30,388 nucleotides of DNA from IMG/VR virus record IMGVR_UViG_3300037047_000080, positions 1-30,388 of that record; one strand, written 5' to 3'. The notes below the pieces were generated by a model. That model saw only the letters and a program-made list of their open reading frames with translations. It was not told the DNA's origin and searched no databases. The translations under genes were made by a program, and so were the position numbers. Shown here in pieces: positions 23,046-30,388 of this stretch (within the stretch, counting starts at the first letter, position 1; each line of letters begins with the position of its first letter). Source of the DNA: a virus (taxonomy: Duplodnaviria; Caudoviricetes).

Positions 23046-23282
23046 ATGTGGCGTAGACTGTGGAATCGGATCCTTCTGGCTTACGGTCGTCTGCTGCTCA
23101 AACTCGGGCGTCGGTTCCACTGGACACTGAAGTCGACGGGCTGGCTTGCCGTCAGCTTGCTGATCTACCTGTTCATCATGTTCATGTTCCCACCTTTGGT
23201 TCTCATGACCATCCTGGTGGGGATCGTTTCGGTCAAGGCAATCCTCGTAGCCCTGCGGACGGACCAACATGCCACGGACTGA
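23046..23282 (+). CDS. Small membrane protein
   Basis: Two hydrophobic segments after a basic N-terminus. Confidence 0.6.
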   Translation: MWRRLWNRILLAYGRLLLKLGRRFHWTLKSTGWLAVSLLIYLFIMFMFPPLVLMTILVGIVSVKAILVALRTDQHATD

Positions 23283-23553
23283 CAAGGAACGACTCGGCAA
23301 CGGGATCGAATCCTGGGTGGACTGGGAACCTGCGACCCAGGATCGCAAAGGTGGCTGGCAGTCCTCTGCCCAAGGCAAGGTGCGGTTTCGGGACGAGGCG
23401 GGGGCTACGTTCATCGCGGAAACCATGAGCCGGGTAGCTTACGACCGTACGGCCGAGCGGGCTCAGGAAGCAGCCATCAAGCGAGCCAAGAAACTGGTCA
23501 CCGCCATCGTGTGTTCAATCCGAACGATCCGAGGTGATGACGATGCATGTTAA
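23269..23553 (+). CDS. Hypothetical protein
   Basis: 94 aa, operon packing. Confidence 0.6.
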   Translation: MPRTDKERLGNGIESWVDWEPATQDRKGGWQSSAQGKVRFRDEAGATFIAETMSRVAYDRTAERAQEAAIKRAKKLVTAIVCSIRTIRGDDDAC

Positions 23554-24310
23554 CTTTTTCCTGACCCCCGAAGAGGAACAGCGTTTTCGGTATCTCCAGA
23601 ACAAGGTGCGGGAAGAGGAACAGCTAGAGCTACAAAAGTACCCCCTACAGGGGGAACTGCGTTCCACGGACCCGACGAAATTCTGGCAGGCACGCGAGCA
23701 GATTTGCAACAAATACGGCAAAAGGCGAGCGAGCATAGGCCAGATCCGTGAACAATTAGTCATCAGTCGAGTCGCCGCTAACCCGGAACCGTTCTTGATG
23801 GGCTGCCTGTACATCGTCAGTTCCCGTGGCATCTATGACTGGTTCGGGTATCCGTCAGTTTACGTCTGGGAGAAAGACCAAGACCCAACTTGGGTGGACT
23901 TCAGAGACAAGTCCAACACACTGGAGTCCAGACGCACATTGCATCTCATCCTGACGGCGCTGCTGGAGATCCCCCCCACATGGGGTCGTTCCGCGTTTCT
24001 GCGTTTCCTGCGCGGGACGGGCAAACAAGCGGGGGCGAAGTACACGGGAGCAGGGGCGTTAGGGAAAAACTCCGGGTGGACCCAGAAAGAGCTTGACGAC
24101 GTGCTTTTCCGGTTACTGGACAATTACACTTTCGGCAAGCCCCTGTGGAGCACGGGTCCCGTGGTCGACGTGTACTCGGGGGGTCTGGAGTACGAAAAAT
24201 TCTGGGAGCTTATGGATCAGGGTACGAATGCCTGGGCCGCGACCAAAACGACCCGGAATCGTCCGTTCATCCAGGATCTGATCCGTCGCTTGGAGGAGAT
24301 GGGGATTTGA
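23543..24310 (+). CDS. Hypothetical protein with possible RQC-like winged helix
   Basis: LILTALLEIPPTWGRSAFLRFLRGT...GALGKNSGWTQKELDDVLFRLL resembles the RQC domain pattern; GAGG RBS. Confidence 0.6.
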   Translation: MHVNFFLTPEEEQRFRYLQNKVREEEQLELQKYPLQGELRSTDPTKFWQAREQICNKYGKRRASIGQIREQLVISRVAANPEPFLMGCLYIVSSRGIYDWFGYPSVYVWEKDQDPTWVDFRDKSNTLESRRTLHLILTALLEIPPTWGRSAFLRFLRGTGKQAGAKYTGAGALGKNSGWTQKELDDVLFRLLDNYTFGKPLWSTGPVVDVYSGGLEYEKFWELMDQGTNAWAATKTTRNRPFIQDLIRRLEEMGI

Positions 24311-24609
24311 CTCCGACCGCCTATACTGTAGGGAATGCGACCGCGTACAATTCTTATCTCGCGTCCGACCGGAATTGCTGCAAGAGGGGCATTTGCCAGT
24401 TGCCTGATGGTTCCTGGTATGGCGGGGGTTGGGTGTGGCGCACGGCGGACGAGGCCGCTGAGTTCCTGTACCGAGCCCCGGACTGTCAAGGGTTCGCGGT
24501 CTACGGGCTTGTCTTGCCCCTGGGGTGGGACGTCGACGTAAGCCCCCAGCCTGATCCGGAGGACGGGGTTCACCGTCTTCTTCATGATGCCCGCATTTTA
24601 TCCCTTTGA
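24307..24609 (+). CDS. Hypothetical protein
   Basis: TTG start overlapping the upstream stop; YGGGWVWRTADEAAEFL...FAVYG. Confidence 0.6.
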   Translation: MTPTAYTVGNATAYNSYLASDRNCCKRGICQLPDGSWYGGGWVWRTADEAAEFLYRAPDCQGFAVYGLVLPLGWDVDVSPQPDPEDGVHRLLHDARILSL

Positions 24610-24610
24610 G

Positions 24611-24638
24611 GGGATCATTTCCTCTCAACCCCGAGTAG
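24611..24638 (+). promoter_or_regulatory. GGGATCAT-N14-GAGTAG motif
   Basis: Perfect copy followed by AAGGAGG. Confidence 0.8.
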
Positions 24639-24662
24639 TCAGGGCAAGGAGGAAAAAATCCC

Positions 24663-25070
24663 ATGAGCACCACGAGACAGCGCCCCCACCAGCCCTCGAA
24701 GGGCCAATACCAGCAGATCGAGATCCTCGGAGAGACCAGCGAGTTCCGTTTTACCGAGCTTCAGGAACTCATCGCGGCGAAGGGCCTCAATCCCGAGGAC
24801 GTCGTGATCGAGGGCTGCACGCGCTACATCGACGACCTTGACGAGTTCCCCGGCGTGTATGCCTACATCACCGAGTGGGAGGACAACCCCAACTACGAGG
24901 CCGAGATGGAGCGGTACAAGCTCGATCTGGCCGAGTACGAGCAGTGGGAGCGGGAGGAGGCCGTTCGCAAGGCGGCCGAGGACGTGGTGCGCGCGAAGCA
25001 GCACCTGGAGCGGGTCCTGGGCAACGTGCGGGACGCCAAGGCCAAGCTGCGGGCGCTCGCGGGCAATTAA
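24663..25070 (+). CDS. Coiled-coil hypothetical protein (paralog A)
   Basis: KGLNPEDV...TRY...NPNYEAEMERY and C-terminal coiled coil. Confidence 0.8.
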   Translation: MSTTRQRPHQPSKGQYQQIEILGETSEFRFTELQELIAAKGLNPEDVVIEGCTRYIDDLDEFPGVYAYITEWEDNPNYEAEMERYKLDLAEYEQWEREEAVRKAAEDVVRAKQHLERVLGNVRDAKAKLRALAGN

Positions 25071-25076
25071 GTTCTG

Positions 25077-25104
25077 GGGATCATTCGGGACCAACCCTGA
25101 GTAG
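25077..25104 (+). promoter_or_regulatory. GGGATCAT-N14-GAGTAG motif
   Basis: Perfect copy followed by AAGGAGG. Confidence 0.8.
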
Positions 25105-25124
25105 TCTCCTCAAGGAGGACGACG

Positions 25125-25538
25125 ATGGGCAAGTTCAAGTACGAGCCGACCGTTCGGCCGTTTCCGATGTCTGGTACGTCCGAGGAGACCACCCTGATCG
25201 AGGCGGAAGAGGACGAGTTCTGTCTCGCGACGCTTCTCCAGATCGTCGAGGAGAAGGGACTCGACCCCCAGAAGGTCCGTGTGGGTTCGACCACGCGGTA
25301 CTGCCACGGGGAGTGGGAGCCCCGGGTGTACGCGACCTGCGTGGAGTACACCCCGAACCCGAACTACGACGCCGAGATGCGCGAGTACCAGAAGGCCCGC
25401 GAGCGGCACGACCGCTGGAAGGCCGAGCACGACGCCGAAAAGCGTCTGGCGGAGGCCGAGGCGGATCTGCAGGTCGCTAAGCTGGTCCTCGCCCGGGTGC
25501 GTGAGGAGACGCGCCCGAAGCGGGAGAAGAAGGGGTGA
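25125..25538 (+). CDS. Coiled-coil hypothetical protein (paralog B)
   Basis: KGLDPQKV...TRY...NPNYDAEMREY and C-terminal coiled coil. Confidence 0.8.
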   Translation: MGKFKYEPTVRPFPMSGTSEETTLIEAEEDEFCLATLLQIVEEKGLDPQKVRVGSTTRYCHGEWEPRVYATCVEYTPNPNYDAEMREYQKARERHDRWKAEHDAEKRLAEAEADLQVAKLVLARVREETRPKREKKG

Positions 25539-25541
25539 GCC

Positions 25542-25796
25542 ATGAGGGTGTTCCTGCGTCACTGGTTCCCCCAGGACGAGGGTGCTCCGCCTCAGGGGGA
25601 CTGCGAGATGACCCCCGAGGAGATCCTCGCCCTGGCCGACCGCTTCGACGTCATGATCAAGCGCCGGTTCGAAGAGGAGCCGCCCCGGCCGCCACGTCGC
25701 TCGCGCCTGAAGGGGTGGCAACCCCCCGCCCGGAAGCTCGAAGACCTCCTGATCGTCGCCCTCGACCGCAAGGGTGGCGGATTCCGGCAGCGATAA
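25542..25796 (+). CDS. Hypothetical protein
   Basis: 84 aa, GC3-rich. Confidence 0.65.
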   Translation: MRVFLRHWFPQDEGAPPQGDCEMTPEEILALADRFDVMIKRRFEEEPPRPPRRSRLKGWQPPARKLEDLLIVALDRKGGGFRQR

Positions 25797-25808
25797 GGAA
25801 AGGTACCC

Positions 25809-26711
25809 GTGCAGATTCAGAGCCTCAGCGTGGTTGTCCCCGGTCGGTGTGTGAACAACTGCGCCTTCTGCGTCAGCCAGACGCACGAGTCCCCCTACGA
25901 CGACGTGGTGAGTCCGATTTTCCATCAGGGGAGGGGGGAGCCCACGCCCGAGTACGTCGGCTGGGTCGAGCGGGAGTATCGAGACCGTCTGGCGTTCGCC
26001 CGGGACAATGGGACAAATGTGGCGATCCTGACGGGTGCCACAGAACCCCTCGCTCGTGCAAAGTTCGTCGACTGGTTCGCCAAGATCAACCAGAGCCTGG
26101 ATCGCCCGTTTCGCTGGGTAGAAGTCCAGTCAACTGGTGTCTTTCTGGTGACCAAGCCGTTCCATCGCTGGGACTGCCTGTACCGTGCCTCCGTCAAAAC
26201 GATCGCGCTCTCGGTCTCGGACCCGTTCGACGACGAGAACAACATGCGGATCATCGGAGTTCCCACGGAACTTCAGTTCAAGCTGGAGGATGTCTGCGGT
26301 CAGGCGCTCCTGCGTCATCTGAATGTCCGGATCTGCGTGAATATGACCGATGCCCTGAGGAACGTGACGCCCCAGCAGCTTTTCGACCGTGTGCGGGAAC
26401 TCGGTGCCCAGCAGATCATGCTGCGGCGCCTGTACACCAGCGAGGGTCACACGGAGAAGGACGAGTGGGTGCGCCAGCACGCGCTCGGGACCGAGGAGAT
26501 CGAAGTCTACCGCCGGTACATCGCGGAGAACGGCAAGCCGCTGGAGCGTCTCCCGTTCGGCGCAATGCGCTACTCGTTGGGTGGTCTGTCCACAGTCCTC
26601 GATGAGGACTGCATGGCCCAGGAAGTCAAAGAAAGCATTAGGTATTTGATCCTTCGCGAGGACTGTCATCTCTATTCCCGGTGGGAGGACGAAGCAAGTC
26701 GCTTGTTCTAG
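25809..26711 (+). CDS. Radical SAM protein
   Basis: N-terminal CVNNCAFC (CxxxCxxC), GGEP-like ILTGATEPL, and QSTG strand-end motif. Confidence 0.88.
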   Translation: MQIQSLSVVVPGRCVNNCAFCVSQTHESPYDDVVSPIFHQGRGEPTPEYVGWVEREYRDRLAFARDNGTNVAILTGATEPLARAKFVDWFAKINQSLDRPFRWVEVQSTGVFLVTKPFHRWDCLYRASVKTIALSVSDPFDDENNMRIIGVPTELQFKLEDVCGQALLRHLNVRICVNMTDALRNVTPQQLFDRVRELGAQQIMLRRLYTSEGHTEKDEWVRQHALGTEEIEVYRRYIAENGKPLERLPFGAMRYSLGGLSTVLDEDCMAQEVKESIRYLILREDCHLYSRWEDEASRLF

Positions 26712-26714
26712 CCT

Positions 26715-26850
26715 CCCAGGCTAACAGCACCCATTCGATGCATCCCTCAGGATCAGCTTTCCACTCGTGCTCCCAGATCTCGACCAATGTCCAGCCCTGA
26801 TTGGACAGGTACGTGCGTTTGGAACGATCGATGGCACGAGCTTTGTTGTG
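26715..26850 (-). pseudogene. C-terminal remnant of a Vsr/DUF559-like endonuclease
   Basis: Minus-strand frame HNKARAIDRSKRTYLSNQGWTLVEIWEHEWKADPEGCIEWV parallels DRRRFAAIRKKGYQVLVVWENDWRKSPATEIARV of 16874..17854; no start or catalytic N-part. Confidence 0.7.
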
Positions 26851-26876
26851 AACGACGCCGGGGTCGACTTTTTGAT

Positions 26877-26904
26877 GGGATCCTTCAGGAGGACTCCCGA
26901 GTAG
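26877..26904 (+). promoter_or_regulatory. Variant motif GGGATCCT-N14-GAGTAG
   Basis: One mismatch; followed by GGGAGG RBS and ATG 26925. Confidence 0.75.
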
Positions 26905-26924
26905 TAGAACCGGGAGGTATCGGA

Positions 26925-29429
26925 ATGCCCACGAAGCTACTGACGACTGCGGTCGTAGAAAAAGACGTGGAGAACGCCTATCGGGAGGCGATCCGCAAGG
27001 GTCGCCCCGAAGCGGTCATCACGTCGCCCCACAAGACGGACGGGTACGCCCAGTGGTCGACCGTGCGGCTCCTGCTCGAAGCCAAGTACGACCTCGACTT
27101 CAAGGGGCGAGTCCCCGTCTGCAACACGCTCGGGCAGTGCCTCCTCTACATCAAGCGGTTCGAGGCAGCCGGAGACGTGCTCCCGAACGTCATCCTCGTG
27201 GGGGACAAGAACGAGTGCTTCGTGCTGGCGACGGCAGCGGTCAAGGGGTTCCTCGACCTGCCCATCGACTGGACGGCAGCGCCCTCGACCGGCTCCCCCG
27301 AGCTGACCCGGGCGCTCATCAACGGGACGGACATCAACCCCTACGTCTACGACGTGAGCGGGTCGTTCAAGTTCCGGGAGGTGCTCGACAAGATCGACGC
27401 CCTGGCAGCCGGGGAGCAGCACACCGTCCGGGCGACCGACACGAACATCTCGGCGATCTTCCTACACTGGCGGGACCGAGTCTTCGCCGGGGGCGGGTTG
27501 AGTGCCGTCGAGCAGGTGGACGTGTACCTCCGCTGCCTGTTCCAGCCCAAGGACGTGTACCTGCACCCGACGAAGCGGGGCGTGCTGGTCGTGCCGGGCT
27601 ACGCCGATGGGGTGCCGGTCAACTCGGACCAGTACCGCTCGTTTTTCGACCACTTCCAGCAGGGGTATCGACCTTCGGAGATCGACCGCTTCTACTCGAT
27701 GAAGGACCGGCTGGTCGAGGACGACGCCCGCCGTCGGCAAGGAGCCTTCTTCACCCCGAGGATCTGGGTCGACCATGCCCACAAGTACATCGAGTCGGTG
27801 CTGGGTCCCAACTGGAAGCAGGACTGCATCGTCTGGGACCCCGCGTGCGGTACAGGGAATCTCACGAGGCACTACCAGTTCGGGGACTTGATCCTCACGA
27901 CGGCTGAGAAGCCCGACGTGGACGTGATTCGAGAGCAGGGGTACAACCAGGGGGCGCTGGTCGCCGCCTACGACTTTTTGAGCCCAGGAGTCCCGAACCC
28001 GTTCTTCGAGGACAAGAACGTCCTGTCGGACGCCATCGTGACGAAGCTGCGGGAGGCGAGCAAGGCGGGTCGGAGACTCGTGTGGTTGATGAACCCGCCG
28101 TACGGGGAGGCGGCTAACGCTGGTACAGGGACAGACCACAAGGCGGGAATCGCTCTCACGGCAGTCAACGGGGACATGAAGACCGCCAAGATGGGCTCCG
28201 CTGCACGTCAGCTCTACGCCCAGTTCATGTTTCAATGCGCCAGACTGGCTCGGGACTACGGATTCCAGGCGTATACGGTCGCCGTTTTCTCCAAACCGAC
28301 GTTCATGTCCAGCGGGTCCTACAAGCCGTTCCGGGACTGGTGGTACAGCAAGCACGAGTTCAAAGCGGGATTCCTGTTCCAGGCGTCTCACTTCGCAGAC
28401 GTGAGTGGGGCGTGGGGAGTGGCATTCACGGTCTGGAACGAGGGCAAGACGGGACCCACGAACGTCCTGGACTTGAAGGACGAACAGGACTTCACCGTCG
28501 TCACGACGGGCGCCAAGTCCGTCTACAACTCGGACGGACGAGATGCGCCCGCTTGGGTGCAGGAGCCCATCAAGAACATCGAATCCCTCGAAGCCCCCGG
28601 ACTCACGAGTGGGATAACAGTCGTCACCGTGGACTCTGTACTCAAGAAGGGGTCCCTTGCTTATAGGCGATCCGACAATAACAACCTAACAGGAAGCGGA
28701 CAAACTACCTACCTCCTCTCATCCGCTTCCTCCTGTAGCCAGTGGCGTATCGGATCAGGGATTCTCCCTTCCAACTGGCGCCGTGCCATCGCTCTGTTCG
28801 CCGCCCGCAAACTCGTGCTCGGCAACTGGATCAACGACAAGGACGAGTACCTCGTCCCCGACGAGACGAAGACGGGCTACGCCCAGTGGGTCAACGATTG
28901 CCACGTCTATGCCCTCTTGCATCCGTCCAACAACTGCACGGCGATGCGGAACGTCCCCTACAAGGACGGTCCCCCGAACGGCTCGAAGACGTGGACGATC
29001 CACAACCACTTCTTCTGGAAGTTGCACAAGGACACCCTCAACGCCCTGGACACCCCCGAGACCCTGGCGCTCTATCGGGACTGCCAGCAGCACCCCAGCA
29101 AGGACGTGTTCGGGAACGCCGTCGAGAGCACCCCCGACCCGTACATGGCACACGTCCTGGCACAGCCAGGGTTCACGCTGAGCCCCGACGCAGCCGACGT
29201 GCTGGCGAAGCTGGACGACCTCTGGACGAAGAGCCTGCCCCTGCGGGAGAGCTACGCCGCAGGGCGGCCCGAGCTTCACCTGACGGCTTGGGACGCCTCG
29301 ATCTACCAGACGAAGCACCTGTTCCGAGAGTTGTTCCCGACCGAGTGGAAGGCGCTTCAGGAGGCGTGGCGGGCGCTGGGGGCTCGGTTGCAAGCTGGGG
29401 TGTACGAGTACGGGTTCCTCAGACGGTAG
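26925..29429 (+). CDS. Fused restriction endonuclease / N6-adenine DNA methyltransferase (Type IIG-like)
   Basis: N-terminal PD-(D/E)xK-like TDG...LLEAK; MTase motifs GAFFTP, WDPACGTGNL, NPPY in gamma order; long C-terminal specificity region. Start placed at MPTKLL after motif + RBS. Confidence 0.85.
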   Translation: MPTKLLTTAVVEKDVENAYREAIRKGRPEAVITSPHKTDGYAQWSTVRLLLEAKYDLDFKGRVPVCNTLGQCLLYIKRFEAAGDVLPNVILVGDKNECFVLATAAVKGFLDLPIDWTAAPSTGSPELTRALINGTDINPYVYDVSGSFKFREVLDKIDALAAGEQHTVRATDTNISAIFLHWRDRVFAGGGLSAVEQVDVYLRCLFQPKDVYLHPTKRGVLVVPGYADGVPVNSDQYRSFFDHFQQGYRPSEIDRFYSMKDRLVEDDARRRQGAFFTPRIWVDHAHKYIESVLGPNWKQDCIVWDPACGTGNLTRHYQFGDLILTTAEKPDVDVIREQGYNQGALVAAYDFLSPGVPNPFFEDKNVLSDAIVTKLREASKAGRRLVWLMNPPYGEAANAGTGTDHKAGIALTAVNGDMKTAKMGSAARQLYAQFMFQCARLARDYGFQAYTVAVFSKPTFMSSGSYKPFRDWWYSKHEFKAGFLFQASHFADVSGAWGVAFTVWNEGKTGPTNVLDLKDEQDFTVVTTGAKSVYNSDGRDAPAWVQEPIKNIESLEAPGLTSGITVVTVDSVLKKGSLAYRRSDNNNLTGSGQTTYLLSSASSCSQWRIGSGILPSNWRRAIALFAARKLVLGNWINDKDEYLVPDETKTGYAQWVNDCHVYALLHPSNNCTAMRNVPYKDGPPNGSKTWTIHNHFFWKLHKDTLNALDTPETLALYRDCQQHPSKDVFGNAVESTPDPYMAHVLAQPGFTLSPDAADVLAKLDDLWTKSLPLRESYAAGRPELHLTAWDASIYQTKHLFRELFPTEWKALQEAWRALGARLQAGVYEYGFLRR

Positions 29430-29444
29430 ACAAGGGAAATGAAC

Positions 29445-29737
29445 ATGGACAGTGACAAGGTGCTCGATTCCTACGCGGACATCCCCGATCGGATGCTGTG
29501 GAAGGGTGCCGCCCTCGTACAGATCGACAACTTCAAAGCGCTGGCCGAGAGGCTGGGGCTCTCGTGGGTGCCGCTGCGTGTATCCTCGCCGTCGTTGTGC
29601 TTGCAGCCATCCAGGGGGCGGTGCGCAACGTTCCCTGGGAACTGAACCTTTTTGTCGCCGTGGCCGCGCTGATTCTGTTCAGCAAGATGATCTATGAGAC
29701 CGTCAGAGCGTGGCGGGAAAAACCCGCCGACAGGTGA
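29445..29737 (+). pseudogene. Membrane protein gene with apparent frameshift near 29555-29558
   Basis: Codon bias moves from the 29439..29645 frame to the 29498..29737 frame at a G4 run; the fused product has two TM helices. Confidence 0.5.
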
Positions 29738-29740
29738 GTC

Positions 29741-30052
29741 ATGGACACATTTCCGATGGGGTCGAACCCCAAACTGCCTTTGAAGGAACTCCGGGAGCGG
29801 CTGCAAGAATGGGTGGACTTCGATGTCGCAGCCTATTGGCTCGGGCTGTCGATGGGCATGTTCCCCCCGGAGAAAGGAACCTCGTGGGATCCGGAGATCA
29901 AATGGGTGTTCTGGTCCTGCAATCCCGAGGGTGACTTCCTGGGCCACATGCTTTTGGGGCTCGTCGAGTTAGGGATCCTAGAGCGGAATGAGGACGGGGA
30001 TCAATTTCGCTGGTCCCCGAATCTGGGATCATTCATCCCGCCAGCAGAGTAG
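29741..30052 (+). CDS. Hypothetical protein
   Basis: 103 aa; stop inside the motif at 30025. Confidence 0.7.
   Translation: MDTFPMGSNPKLPLKELRERLQEWVDFDVAAYWLGLSMGMFPPEKGTSWDPEIKWVFWSCNPEGDFLGHMLLGLVELGILERNEDGDQFRWSPNLGSFIPPAE
30025..30052 (+). promoter_or_regulatory. GGGATCAT-N14-GAGTAG motif
   Basis: Perfect copy. Confidence 0.8.
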
Positions 30053-30074
30053 TCCTTCTGAAACAGGGGGTCTG

Positions 30075-30388
30075 ATGGGACACCGAGGCGAGCGCCGCTG
30101 GAACATGGAACACAGCACGTACCGTCGGCGTAAGTTCGGTGCCGACATCGACGAACAGGAGATGGGCGAGATGGACAAAAATCCGCACCCTGAGCCTGAT
30201 GTGACGGGGGGGAGTGTGTCCGACTCACAGTGGGCTAGAACCTGGGACGGGGAGTATCGCCGGGACGTCGGTGGGTTCCGTCTCTGGGTGAATGATCATG
30301 GCAAACGGCCGCTGGTCTGGAACTGGTGCATCCGCTATGGGATGTACCCGTGTCTTTTCGGGAACGAGTGTACAGGTTCCGTACAGGG
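30075..30388 (+). CDS. Hypothetical protein (partial, runs off window end)
   Basis: Not in track: MGHRGERRWNMEHSTYRRRKFG... open to the end; AGGGGG RBS after the motif. Confidence 0.6.
   Translation, partial: MGHRGERRWNMEHSTYRRRKFGADIDEQEMGEMDKNPHPEPDVTGGSVSDSQWARTWDGEYRRDVGGFRLWVNDHGKRPLVWNWCIRYGMYPCLFGNECTGSVQ

Noticed and set aside
25809-26711. Viperin or anaerobic RNR activase assignment for the radical SAM
   Set aside because: Family-specific motifs not recognisable and no NrdD neighbour in the window.
26787-26924. 46-codon N-terminal extension of the RM enzyme
   Set aside because: Overlaps the motif, the RBS and the antisense endonuclease remnant; ATG 26925 is better supported.
2209-30052. 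The repeated motif as a CRISPR array or integron attC sites
   Set aside because: Copies are dispersed, not regularly spaced, have variable cores, lack attC-like inverted-repeat arms, and flip orientation with transcription.

Overview
GC-rich, gene-dense window that reads as the accessory/early and DNA-metabolism region of a large bacteriophage or phage-like element. This is inferred from the many short orphan genes, homing endonucleases, split intein and lack of cellular housekeeping operons; no virion genes are visible. Transcription diverges sharply at ~12300, with genes to the left on the minus strand and genes to the right on the plus strand. The window is organised by a bipartite motif, GGGATCAT-N14-GAGTAG (20 copies found by eye, 15 perfect, invariant 14-nt spacer), always co-oriented with and just upstream of an RBS/start; it is most likely an element-specific promoter. 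Recognisable genes: a full WGR-regulatory-catalytic PARP (H-Y-E type), an NAD-dependent DNA ligase fractured into two genes by a split intein with a free-standing Vsr/DUF559-like endonuclease between the halves, a GIY-YIG/NUMOD3 homing endonuclease, an HNH-like nuclease, an HD-GYP-like phosphohydrolase, a radical SAM enzyme, a fused restriction endonuclease-N6-adenine methyltransferase, a DUF4258-like protein and a lipoprotein cluster. Also present are two paralog pairs, endonuclease remnants, RBS-occluding hairpins and three apparent reading-frame breaks. All calls are from manual reading and motif recognition; no database searches were run.
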